Shown here piece by piece: positions 30,145-39,419 of a DNA stretch of 64,000 nucleotides. The translations under genes were made by a program, and so were the position numbers. The notes below the pieces were generated by a model. It made no database searches and was not told the origin of the DNA. It was given only the letters and a program-made list of their open reading frames with translations. Each line of letters begins with the position of its first letter. Position 1 is the stretch's first letter. Source of the DNA: a virus (taxonomy: Duplodnaviria > Caudoviricetes); IMG/VR virus record IMGVR_UViG_3300010346_001536; one strand, written 5' to 3'.

Positions 30145-30792
30145 ATGAAAATTCAATATGATGAGTTATATGAGCAACAGGGTGGCGTATGTGCTATTTG
30201 TAAAAAAAATATTTCTAAAACAAATTTAAAAGCGGACCTTGTTAATGGAAAAATAAGGGGACTATTATGTCATACTTGTAATAAAGCTTTAGAAACCCTT
30301 AATAATGATTTAGGATATGTTCGGTCCTGTATGTCTTATCTTATGAAATATGATGAACGACGAAGTTGGGACGAATATTTTTTGGACATAGCAGAACTTA
30401 TATCTACCCGGTCTAAGGACCCCTCTACTAAAGTTGGAGCGGTTATTGTTAGAGATAAAGTAATTCTTTCAACGGGTTATAATGGATTTGTGCGCGGAGT
30501 TAATGATAATATTCCTGAAAGATATAATAGACCTGAGAAATATCTATGGACTATTCATGCCGAAGAAAATGCTATATTAAATGCCGCTCGTTGTGGAACT
30601 AAATTAGGCGGGTCAACTCTTTATATTTATCCTATGCATCCTTGTTCTAAATGTGCTTTATTCATAGCACAGGCAGAGATAAAAGATGTAGTTATTCGTA
30701 ATACTGTTGAAAATCCACGATTTGCCGACAGCTTTAAAAAGGCAAGCGAAATATTTAATGCTTGTAAAATTTTAGTTAGAAAACCAGAATAA
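30145..30792 (+). CDS. dCMP deaminase with an N-terminal endonuclease VII-like Zn domain
   Basis: Q.G.CAIC..GKIRGLLCHTCN; SWDEYF, RSKDPSTKVGA, GYNG, HAEENA, PC..CA. Confidence 0.9.
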   Translation: MKIQYDELYEQQGGVCAICKKNISKTNLKADLVNGKIRGLLCHTCNKALETLNNDLGYVRSCMSYLMKYDERRSWDEYFLDIAELISTRSKDPSTKVGAVIVRDKVILSTGYNGFVRGVNDNIPERYNRPEKYLWTIHAEENAILNAARCGTKLGGSTLYIYPMHPCSKCALFIAQAEIKDVVIRNTVENPRFADSFKKASEIFNACKILVRKPE

Positions 30793-30807
30793 AAATATAA
30801 AAATACA

Positions 30808-31239
30808 ATGAAAGTATCTATTGAACAAATCGAAGCAACTCTACTTGAGAAAAAAATTGAACTTCCCAAAGTTCGGGAAATTATTAAAGACTTACAACAA
30901 GTTATTGAAGAAGAAAAGGCAGAACGAGAAGCTAATAAGGTACCAAAAGCAAAATGGGAATATCTTATTTTTATTAATGACCCCGAAAAGAAAATTGAAA
31001 CCGAATTAACAGGGTGGGTTGTGAAACAACTTGAAGGACAAGATGCTAGTCTTTGTGCCAGTAAGCTTATTGATGCTGCTCAAACGCAGAATGAATCTAC
31101 AAAACGAAAAAAGTCTCTTATTACAGGATTTGGTGAATTGTTTTCTGCCCTTAAATCTAAGTTTTTAAAAGAAAAAGGACTTAAAATTTGTACTAAAGAA
31201 GCAGTTCGTGTCATTACTGTTAATGGAAAAACGCTGTAA
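30808..31239 (+). CDS. hypothetical protein
   Basis: ORF in operon. Confidence 0.7.
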   Translation: MKVSIEQIEATLLEKKIELPKVREIIKDLQQVIEEEKAEREANKVPKAKWEYLIFINDPEKKIETELTGWVVKQLEGQDASLCASKLIDAAQTQNESTKRKKSLITGFGELFSALKSKFLKEKGLKICTKEAVRVITVNGKTL

Positions 31240-31316
31240 AATTCATATATTAGTATAAATTCTTAAATAATATTGTTTAAATATTATTTTTTTTGTTCGC
31301 GGATATATTTATATTC

Positions 31317-31670
31317 GTGAACAAATATTATTTTATTTATATTTCTAAGCGGGATAGTTTTTATCCAATTGCCAAACAAATGATTATTGCTCATGGTTGG
31401 CATGTAACTGGTTCAGAAGAAGGTACGTGGCTGGTATTAGATTTATATCATAAAAAAGCCAGTTATACACACCAATCTCCAAATACCCGGGATAAAACAG
31501 TCTTAGTAGCGACTTCAATTTTAGAACTGGCACGTAACATTCCTACTATTTCTACCGTGCCAGCTGGCTTTGCAACCACTTTTACGGAATCTCCGCCTGA
31601 GCCGGAATCTCCACCTGAGCCGGAAGACCCGAGTTCCACCCGCGAAAACAAATTAACAATCGTGTATTAA
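31317..31670 (+). CDS. hypothetical protein (GTG start)
   Basis: GTG 3 nt after TATTTATA (31306-31313); ESPPEP tandem repeat. Confidence 0.6.
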   Translation: MNKYYFIYISKRDSFYPIAKQMIIAHGWHVTGSEEGTWLVLDLYHKKASYTHQSPNTRDKTVLVATSILELARNIPTISTVPAGFATTFTESPPEPESPPEPEDPSSTRENKLTIVY

Positions 31671-31671
31671 T

Positions 31672-32922
31672 ATGGCTAAAATAATCATTAATAATCCAAC
31701 TGGAGACTTTGAATATAGTTCGTCGGTTGCTACTAGCTCATACGCAAGTATAGTGTATGCAAATACAACCTCAAGCATGTATGAAAGCGGTAGTCATTTC
31801 ACCGGGTCTTTGGGAATATTTGCTTCGGGGTCATCCATCAGTGCTTCTATCTATATTAATTCTTCATTCAGTGGGTCAGTAACTAGCGGGTCGGTCTTTA
31901 GTGGTTCTATTGTAGGATATTTTTCTGGTTCGTTTTATTTTCCCGAATCCGATGTATATTTTGTTCATAGTGGAACCTTAGAAGAATCAAATTGGGATGG
32001 AGCTTTTGTTAGTGCTTCATATTTTAGCGCGTCATTTATATCAGCGTCATATTTAAGTGCTTCTTTTATTGAAGATTCATATGGGCATTTAAATTTTTAT
32101 TCTGAATCTTATTTTAGTGGGTCATTTATTACTAGCTCGACTATTGTAAGTCATTCTTTTAATAGTGGGTCTGAAATATTTGGATACTTTAATTCGGGGT
32201 CTTCTTTGGTAATACAAGTGAATACGGGTTCTGCGGTAATATTATATCCGGCCAGTCAATCTTATATCAGCGGGACTTTAGGCGGAGGGGCTTATATTAA
32301 AGGAGATTTTTGGACTACAGGCGCACTATCTTTAGATAATCATCAACCATATAATTTTCCTATTTATGGAACAGCTATGGGAGATTGTATAATAGAATCT
32401 ACCATTTCTGATATTCCTTTTTATTTTTCTGGGTCAATTTATGAAAATTCATCAATTACTGGAAGTAATTATTCATCTGGAAGTTTTACGGGTTCTTATT
32501 ATTCATGTTCTTTTAGTTCTCAAAGTGCTAAGGAAGTTTATGCATATAGTTGTTCCAATTTAACTGTTTTAGATTTTTCGAATAATCAATATTTAGAAGT
32601 AGTACATGCTATAAGTTGTTCTAATTTAAGATATATAAATTTAGAAAACAATCCAAATTTAAAAGAAGTTGAATTAAAAGAATGTCCTAATTTAATGACA
32701 ATGAGTTTTGCTTGGACATATGCTACTTCCAGCGTATTATCTAATTTCATTTTAAATGAATATAATTCGGAGAGTCTTGCTAAAGATGGTCAGGGGGCAA
32801 TAATTAAGTTATCAGGAAGATTTTTATATTTGTCTTATGAAGCTGCTGTAGCATTAGGAAAATTAAAATATGACCGAGGATATTATTTAGATTATAGTTA
32901 TCGTAATTTTGCGCTGCCTTAG
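31672..32922 (+). CDS. Ser/Gly-rich (SGS/SAS repeat) protein with C-terminal leucine-rich repeats
   Basis: Many FSGS/SASF units; CSNLTVLDFSNN, CSNLRYINLENNPNL. Confidence 0.75.
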   Translation: MAKIIINNPTGDFEYSSSVATSSYASIVYANTTSSMYESGSHFTGSLGIFASGSSISASIYINSSFSGSVTSGSVFSGSIVGYFSGSFYFPESDVYFVHSGTLEESNWDGAFVSASYFSASFISASYLSASFIEDSYGHLNFYSESYFSGSFITSSTIVSHSFNSGSEIFGYFNSGSSLVIQVNTGSAVILYPASQSYISGTLGGGAYIKGDFWTTGALSLDNHQPYNFPIYGTAMGDCIIESTISDIPFYFSGSIYENSSITGSNYSSGSFTGSYYSCSFSSQSAKEVYAYSCSNLTVLDFSNNQYLEVVHAISCSNLRYINLENNPNLKEVELKECPNLMTMSFAWTYATSSVLSNFILNEYNSESLAKDGQGAIIKLSGRFLYLSYEAAVALGKLKYDRGYYLDYSYRNFALP

Positions 32923-32973
32923 AGAATAAACAATATCTTTTCATTATTTAAGACTCTATTTATAAGTTGAATT

Positions 32974-34146
32974 ATGAATATACCGCCAATTTATCTTATT
33001 GAACCTTATAATGCTTACGCTCCCAAGGGGCGTAAAAAGCATTGGATGGAAGAAGTTGAAGAACAAGCTCTTTTAGAAAAGATTGTTTCCGAACAAATCG
33101 CGCTTCAGGAAGCAGAAGCCAAACGAACTTCTAATACACTCCCCCCACAATCGCCCAATTCGGCTATGCAAACTGTTGTAGGCAGTTCGGCGGGAGCGGG
33201 AGCATCGGGAGGGATGGGCTCTGGAGCCGGAGCAGGGGGAACGCCGGCGTGGGATTTTTTTAATCCTACCGGCGATGTGGTTGCGTTTGATATAAGTCCT
33301 TCATCGGGTCCAGCACCTCTTACTGTAACTTTTACTAATCGTACTAGCACTCCTCAATGGGATGATTATAATTGGGAATTTATATTGGATGGGAAAACAA
33401 TAAAGAGTACTGAAGTAAATCCCATTGTAACTTTCCATACTGGTAGTGATGACCCTTCATATATTACTGCTTCATTACAAGTAACTAATTCATTTACGGG
33501 CGTTCCTGGTACTCGTAGTCTTAATGTCTATATTCCTGTTTCAGTTCCGGTAGTAAATTCTAAATTTACATATGTAAAATCTTCTAATATAGCTCCGCTT
33601 ACAGTAGAATTTACAAATATTTCAAATACTAATAATGGACAGCCGCTGACTTATAGGTGGGAATTTGAATATAATAATGGAACTGAAATATCCACTTCAA
33701 TAAGTACACTTAGAACGCCATCCGCCCAGATTGTAGATACTGGAAGTTATACGGCTTCATTACAAGTTACTGGGTCTTATGGTATTGCTTCTCTTTATAC
33801 TCAAAGCTTTGTTGCTTTGCCGCCAACTCTTGTTGCATCTTTTACTACTCAATCTTTTGGTAATGGGGGTGTAGAAGATTCTTATGAAGAGCCAGTAAGC
33901 ATGTCATATACTAGTACCACGACATATGATGGACATGGTACATTAACATATAAGTGGAATTTTGGTTCGGCAAGTTTCTGGACAACAGAATTTGATGAAG
34001 TACCTGGGACCGAAACAACCGTTGGACCACATTTCCGAGCTGATTATGTAGAGGCAGAAGGTGGATATACGGCTTCACTAGAAGTTACTGAGAGTAATTA
34101 TGATATTACTTCACTTTATACTCAAAGCTTCTACGTTAGTTCGTAA
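32974..34146 (+). CDS. PKD-domain protein, probable virion/tail component
   Basis: APLTVTFTN.S, Y.WEF and YTASLQVT repeated three times; TATTTATA at 32957-32964. Confidence 0.8.
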   Translation: MNIPPIYLIEPYNAYAPKGRKKHWMEEVEEQALLEKIVSEQIALQEAEAKRTSNTLPPQSPNSAMQTVVGSSAGAGASGGMGSGAGAGGTPAWDFFNPTGDVVAFDISPSSGPAPLTVTFTNRTSTPQWDDYNWEFILDGKTIKSTEVNPIVTFHTGSDDPSYITASLQVTNSFTGVPGTRSLNVYIPVSVPVVNSKFTYVKSSNIAPLTVEFTNISNTNNGQPLTYRWEFEYNNGTEISTSISTLRTPSAQIVDTGSYTASLQVTGSYGIASLYTQSFVALPPTLVASFTTQSFGNGGVEDSYEEPVSMSYTSTTTYDGHGTLTYKWNFGSASFWTTEFDEVPGTETTVGPHFRADYVEAEGGYTASLEVTESNYDITSLYTQSFYVSS

Positions 34147-34544
34147 TTAAAATCCGTATCAAACGGCATATCTCTAGGAAGACTTTCCTTTGTGTAATTA
34201 TCTAAAGTTGATAATTTGTTTTTAATTAAATTACTTTCGGCTGTCCACCATGCTTTAATTTCTTTTCGAATTTTTCGGTGTAATTTAGTAAATTTCAATC
34301 CTTGAAAAATCACTGTTGATATATCATCAAAGTATTCGGCCGGTAACGTAATATCTACTATAAAATTGTCCATAGTTAATAATCCATCTTCAATCAAATT
34401 ACTTTCGGCTGTCCACCATGCTTTAATTTCTTTTTGATTTTTTCGAAGTAAATTAGAATGTTTCAATCCTTGAAAAATTACTGTTGATAAATCGCTAAAA
34501 AGCTCGGCGGGTAAAGTAACAAGCATATCAGTTTTATTTATCAT
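34131..34544 (-). CDS. hypothetical protein made of an internally duplicated 56-aa unit
   Basis: TLPAE.F.D.STVIFQGLK...KEIKAWWTAESNLI twice; 168-bp period (34228/34396). Confidence 0.75.
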   Translation of the reverse strand: MINKTDMLVTLPAELFSDLSTVIFQGLKHSNLLRKNQKEIKAWWTAESNLIEDGLLTMDNFIVDITLPAEYFDDISTVIFQGLKFTKLHRKIRKEIKAWWTAESNLIKNKLSTLDNYTKESLPRDMPFDTDFNYELT

Positions 34545-34564
34545 AATTAAAAATATTAAGTTTG

Positions 34565-35344
34565 TTATCCATTAGATATATTTTTTATAGCTGTATTAAA
34601 ATATTCGGGGTTTATTTCAATACCAATAAATTTTCGATTTTCTCGTACACAAGCTACACCAGTGGTTCCTTCCCCCATAGTATTATCCATAACCGTTTCA
34701 TTTTCATTAGTGTAAGTTCTTATTAACCATGCCATTAAATCGGTGGGTTTTTTGGTAGGATGTCCACTTCGGTCTTGTGAAAATTTTTGAACGCTTCGAG
34801 GATAGCGCGAACCATCTGTATTATTTTTATGTTTTGAAATTAAATGCTTAGAATCTTCTTTTCCATTATATACTTCGCCAATAAATTTTGATTCATCTTT
34901 AAATCCTCGATATGTACTATGTCCATAAGTCATTTGAGGGTTATATGTTGGTTGTTTTTTATAAAAAACAAGTATGTTTTCGTGAACACGAAAAGGTTGT
35001 TTTTTAACAAGTAGAGGATTGGTTCCATTTGATTTTTCCCATATCAGTTCATATCTAAACATTTTAGGATTGCTCGCGCATAATTTCCAAGTAAAGGGGT
35101 GGGTTGCGGTAAGAACAATGGCTCCGTTGGGTTTTATTATTCTATTGTATTCTTTCCACAATTCAGAAAGAGGGAGAACGCTATCCCATTTGCAGGCAGT
35201 GGTTCCATAGGGTAAATCGGCTAGAATCATATCTATACTTCCGTTTTGTACAAAAGGAAATATTTTGAAACAATCCTCGCAATATAGAACAATATTATCT
35301 TTTTTCCATTGAGGATTTATAATTTCTTGAATATTATTATTCAT
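34565..35344 (-). CDS. beta-class amino DNA methyltransferase (probably m6A)
   Basis: DLPY, HPTKKP, DNTMGEGTTG, IGIE. Confidence 0.9.
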   Translation of the reverse strand: MNNNIQEIINPQWKKDNIVLYCEDCFKIFPFVQNGSIDMILADLPYGTTACKWDSVLPLSELWKEYNRIIKPNGAIVLTATHPFTWKLCASNPKMFRYELIWEKSNGTNPLLVKKQPFRVHENILVFYKKQPTYNPQMTYGHSTYRGFKDESKFIGEVYNGKEDSKHLISKHKNNTDGSRYPRSVQKFSQDRSGHPTKKPTDLMAWLIRTYTNENETVMDNTMGEGTTGVACVRENRKFIGIEINPEYFNTAIKNISNG

Positions 35345-35446
35345 TTTATTTTAAACTATAAGAATAATAACATTTGATTTATAAAGATGTCAAGAAAATA
35401 TAAGGGGAATAAGAAGAAGTGTATTTGGGGGGGAGTATAAAATATA

Positions 35447-35646
35447 AGAACAGTTTGATTCAATTACTCTTGGATTTTATATCGACTATTAAGAATTTTA
35501 ATGTTTTATTTTTAAGGCTTATTGTTTGAGCTCTTGAGAGTTAAAACTTAACCCCGTTAAGGGGATTCCTTAACTTTACATGAGTATCTCGCAAAGCGAA
35601 AAAAATATAGTCGAAATTACCTACCATCATATCCTCAAACTGTTCT
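35447..35646 (-). ncRNA. putative structured RNA downstream of the DIP1984-like gene pair
   Basis: 12-bp closing stem (35447-58/35635-46), nested 8-bp stem (35482-89/35607-14), small hairpins, ~7-nt periodic YAA array. Confidence 0.7.
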
Positions 35647-35659
35647 ATAAATTGTTTAT

Positions 35660-36106
35660 TTAATCCGAAATTTCTGTTGTAGCATTATAAATATCTACTT
35701 CATCTTGCATTTCATTGATTTTTCGTTGTAAATATTCAATATGTTCGTCACAGCGAGCTTGATTCAAAAAACTGTTCCATTTATAAACTAATTTTTCTTG
35801 GTCTCTACCAACTAAAATAATTTCTTCGCCTTCTCGTATATTTAAACCTTTGAGAAAGGTAATGAGAGTTTTGTATTCGGCCATTCGTTCGAGGGCAGGA
35901 TAAATATTTATGTTGGCCTTAGCAATTTTACCCTTTAACTTCCACAATTCTTCGGAGAGGCTTTGGATTTTATTCCATACTTCTTGCCGGTCAACGGTTG
36001 ATGTACTATCAGAGCGGCGAGCATTTTCACGCAGCAAAATTTGTTGTTGACGAGAAATTTCTCCGGCCAAACGGCTTTTTTGTTTAAGTGCTTGTGATAA
36101 TTTCAT
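35660..36106 (-). CDS. DIP1984/DUF6847-like coiled-coil protein, copy A
   Basis: MKL.QAL..K.RL start, LK.KI.KAN, C-terminal I..LQ..I..MQDE.D.YNA.TEI. Confidence 0.7.
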   Translation of the reverse strand: MKLSQALKQKSRLAGEISRQQQILLRENARRSDSTSTVDRQEVWNKIQSLSEELWKLKGKIAKANINIYPALERMAEYKTLITFLKGLNIREGEEIILVGRDQEKLVYKWNSFLNQARCDEHIEYLQRKINEMQDEVDIYNATTEISD

Positions 36107-36160
36107 AATTTTAATTTTAGTTTAAGTTTAAATCAAATCTATCATATAGACCGATACATG

Positions 36161-36631
36161 TCAATACTTTTTTTGAGGTTTTTTATGAATCCAAATTTCC
36201 ATAGTGTTATTATAAACATCTATTTCATCTTGCATTTTATTAATTTCATTTTGTAAATTTTCAATGAGTTTATCGCATTTTGAATGATTTATAAAGCAAT
36301 CCCATTTATAAGATAGCTTTTCTTTATTTTTATTTATATAAAAAACCTCTTCATTTTCTCTTTTATTTAATCTTTGAAGAAAAGCAATTAATTTTTTATA
36401 TTCTTCCTTGCGAGCGAGTACGGGGTAAATATTTATATTGGCTTGAGCAATTTTGAATTTTAATTCGTTTAATTCGAGAGGGATACTGTGAATTTTATTC
36501 CATACTTCTATTAAGTACGCTCCAGATGGTTTATCTGACCGCCGAGCATTTTCACGTTGCAAAATTTCTTTCTGCCGGGCGAGTTCATCAGCAAGTCGTT
36601 TCTTTTCTTTAAGAGCTTGAGATAATTTCAT
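36161..36631 (-). CDS. DIP1984/DUF6847-like coiled-coil protein, copy B (tandem paralog)
   Basis: Aligns along its length with 35660..36106; TTGACA at 36675-36670. Confidence 0.7.
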   Translation of the reverse strand: MKLSQALKEKKRLADELARQKEILQRENARRSDKPSGAYLIEVWNKIHSIPLELNELKFKIAQANINIYPVLARKEEYKKLIAFLQRLNKRENEEVFYINKNKEKLSYKWDCFINHSKCDKLIENLQNEINKMQDEIDVYNNTMEIWIHKKPQKKY

Positions 36632-36735
36632 AATTTATGTTCGTTAACATTAGTGTACAATCTGATTCATGTCAACTTTTTTTGCAATTTCATAATTGTT
36701 TTTCATTTAATAATAAATAAAAATATTTATATTAT

Positions 36736-37782
36736 ATGAAATTGTATCCACATCCAAAATCAAAAAAACGAGTATTATTTATATGTAAAAGAAGACCGTC
36801 TTGTTATGGCGAATCTTATGGTTTGTTAAATTCCTGCCGTTTTTTATGTAATGCGTTGGAAGATTTAGGAGTAGAAGCTAAAACTATTGAAGTAATAGAT
36901 AACAATTTTATAGATGCTGCTGTTACTGCATTTAAACCTACTCATTGTTTTATTGAAGCATTATGGGTTGTCGCAGAAAAATTTCCTATTCTTATTCGTT
37001 TACATCCTAAAATTAAATGGTATGTAAGATTACATAGTAACGTACCTTTTATAGCAAACGAAGGAATTTCAATGAATTGGATTAAAAAATATTTTGAATT
37101 ACAGAGAAATTATTCAACCTTTAAAATTTGTTGTAATGATAAAAAAATGGTTAGTGATATAGGACAAATCTTTGGTGAGGGGATATACCCCGTATATGGT
37201 CCTAATATTTATAGACCCAGAATCCCCGCCCCACCCATAGCCATTAAAGGGGATAAAAATCCATTTATTGATATTGGATGCTTTGGAGCAATACGGCCAT
37301 TGAAAAATCAACTTATTCAAGCTATGGCAGCTATTGCTTTTGCAGATAAATTAGGAAAAGTTCTTCGTTTTCATATTAATGTTGCTCGTATAGAATCTCA
37401 TGGATTAAATGTTTATAAAAATTTAAAATCTCTTTTTGAAAAATCAAAACATCAACTTATGCTTCATGGGTGGCTTAATCATCCTGAATTTTTAGACCTT
37501 ATTGCTTTTATGGATTTAGGTATGCAAGTTTCTTTTTCTGAGACCTTTAATATTGTAACTGCTGATTTTGTATATGTCGGAGTACCGGTAGTTAGTTCTT
37601 CCGAAGTTATATGGTTAAATGAAAATTATCAAGCTAATCCTACTAATTTAAATAAAATTGTAGAACGATTGGAAAGTGCATGGAAAGGTCGTAAATATAA
37701 TAAACAAAAAATTAATTTAAAAGGATTAGAAAAATGGAATAATGAATCTCGTAAAGAGTGGAAAAAATTATTAAATATTTAA
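36736..37782 (+). CDS. GT-B (GT4-like) glycosyltransferase
   Basis: IGCFGAIRPLKN, SFSETFNIV.AD....GVPVV.S; TATTTATA at 36724-36731. Confidence 0.8.
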   Translation: MKLYPHPKSKKRVLFICKRRPSCYGESYGLLNSCRFLCNALEDLGVEAKTIEVIDNNFIDAAVTAFKPTHCFIEALWVVAEKFPILIRLHPKIKWYVRLHSNVPFIANEGISMNWIKKYFELQRNYSTFKICCNDKKMVSDIGQIFGEGIYPVYGPNIYRPRIPAPPIAIKGDKNPFIDIGCFGAIRPLKNQLIQAMAAIAFADKLGKVLRFHINVARIESHGLNVYKNLKSLFEKSKHQLMLHGWLNHPEFLDLIAFMDLGMQVSFSETFNIVTADFVYVGVPVVSSSEVIWLNENYQANPTNLNKIVERLESAWKGRKYNKQKINLKGLEKWNNESRKEWKKLLNI

Positions 37783-37944
37783 ATCCAATTGAAAAAAGAA
37801 TATATACACCATAAACCGTGTGGATATTTATTTTGAGAATGATATTTATTCCATATAAATTTTACTTTCCAATTTTTAAAAACTTGAAAGTGTAAATTTA
37901 ATATACGAATATTAATGATAAGATTTTTCATAATGAATTAAATA

Positions 37945-38769
37945 TTACCATGCCTCAAAAATATCCTTTTTGTGGTCAATTGGAATGTTAGGCATAATTT
38001 GTTTGGATATAGAAGTTTGTAGAACAGCCGCATCAATTCTTTCTTTAGCTTGATTAAAATAATTTGTACTTTTTTCAATACCTATAAAATTGCGGTCCAA
38101 TCTAGCCGCTGCTTCTCCGGTTGTTCCAGACCCCATAAAACAATCCAATATAGTATCTTCCTTATAAGAAAATAATTTAATACACCGATTGGGAAGTTCA
38201 ATGGGAAACGCCGCCGGATGCTTAGATTTAGTTTCAGGTTGCATTTTCCATACGTTTTTCGTCCATGACATAAATTCAGGACCACTAATAGTTGAAGTTC
38301 CTTTGTGCAATCTTTTCCATTGGTTCTTGTAAAATACAAGAATAGCTTCAGAAGGGTCACGCATAAAAGGAGATGAAGCCGACCGCCACGAGCCCCAACA
38401 AGTTTTATTAGAAAGATTCTTATCCCAAATTATAGTTCTCCAGTATTTAAAACCAATGCTTTCACAAATTTTACTGTAATCGGCAACTACTGGGAAATTA
38501 ATATCTTCGGCTCCTTTTTTAGTGTTTATATGTTCAGGAGTAATAGAAAATGGAATATTTATACACAACCGCCCATCTTCGGCCATATGATGATATAACT
38601 GTTTTATCCACGACTTGCACCATTCTAAATATTCAGAATATGTCATGGTATCATTATGTTGGTCATATTTAATATTAACATTATATGGAGGAGAAGTAAC
38701 AACAAGATTGACAGGGGGTAGGCCCGAAAAATCTGCTTTTAATATGTCTTCATTTAGTAATTTTATCAT
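37945..38769 (-). CDS. beta-class amino DNA methyltransferase (SPPY; m4C or m6A)
   Basis: VTSPPYN, HPAAFP, LDCFMGSGTT, IGIE. Confidence 0.9.
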   Translation of the reverse strand: MIKLLNEDILKADFSGLPPVNLVVTSPPYNVNIKYDQHNDTMTYSEYLEWCKSWIKQLYHHMAEDGRLCINIPFSITPEHINTKKGAEDINFPVVADYSKICESIGFKYWRTIIWDKNLSNKTCWGSWRSASSPFMRDPSEAILVFYKNQWKRLHKGTSTISGPEFMSWTKNVWKMQPETKSKHPAAFPIELPNRCIKLFSYKEDTILDCFMGSGTTGEAAARLDRNFIGIEKSTNYFNQAKERIDAAVLQTSISKQIMPNIPIDHKKDIFEAW

Positions 38770-38923
38770 TAAATGTCAATATACCAATTAAATTTTTCTT
38801 TGTCAAGTATGAAATATTAAGTTTCTTCTTGACAAATTTTATATTTATGATATGGTGTTGTCATAATAAATAAAAGGTTTTTTGAAGGAAAAATAGTACT
38901 TTCAAAAAAAATTGAGAAAGTAC

Positions 38924-38952
38924 TTGACAACGAAAAGAATAGGTGATAAAGT
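38924..38952 (+). promoter_or_regulatory. sigma70-like promoter for the structured leader and DUF2828 gene
   Basis: TTGACA-N17-TAAAGT with extended TG; second TTGACA-N16-TATGGT at 38829-38856; boxA-like TGTTCTTTTGAAA at ~38978-38990. Confidence 0.7.
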
Positions 38953-38998
38953 AGGAGCATAATAGATTTTTAACAGTTGTTCTTTTGAAATACATTTT

Positions 38999-39383
38999 GA
39001 GTGTCAGGAGCATTGGCTCTGATGATGTTAACCGACCACAAACAAATAGGTGGTGCATCCACCTAACCTTTATAGGAATAGGCGACATCGCGGCACTCGT
39101 TATTAGGTCCGCACAGCAATAAAACTAAATTAAACCATACATGGATAAGGTTCGGGGTGGTACCCCTCTGTCCCTCGCGGACAGTGGATAAAAACTCAGG
39201 TGTCAACTGTAAATGACTGGACCTAGTATAATTTTTGGTAGGCTAGTAAGTGATGTAAAAATTGACCTTTCGGTTGGGGAGACAAACCCCGTAAAGATTC
39301 CGACAAGCTATACGGACCCTGCCATTCACCTTTGTTGATAGATTTAGTCAGCATAAAAGTAAAAATAAACACAAAGAATCTAG
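38999..39383 (+). ncRNA. array of four self-contained structured RNA modules upstream of the DUF2828/TROVE-like gene
   Basis: Closing stems 38999-39005/39092-98, 39104-10/39219-25, 39236-42/39318-24, 39339-45/39376-82; GC-richer than flanks; no credible ORF. Confidence 0.7.
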
Positions 39384-39419
39384 GATTTTAATTTTTAACA
39401 ACAAAAGGAAAAATATTAT

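Noticed and set aside
35490-35560. CRISPR array or type III antitoxin repeats
   Set aside because: Units are only ~7 nt with a 3-nt constant part; no 25-40-nt repeats or spacers
34565-38769. Complete restriction-modification system
   Set aside because: No recognisable restriction endonuclease beside either MTase; treated as orphan MTases
39019-39025. CTGATGA suggesting a hammerhead ribozyme
   Set aside because: No stem II followed by GAAA and no matching stem III/NUH arrangement
38861-39088. Minus-strand 75-aa ORF and other short antisense or nested ORFs in the track
   Set aside because: They overlap promoters, structured RNA or well-supported genes and show no motifs
38999-39330. tRNA genes or a known riboswitch in the DUF2828 leader
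   Set aside because: No GTTCRA T-loop with a cloverleaf; I could not match a known aptamer consensus by eye
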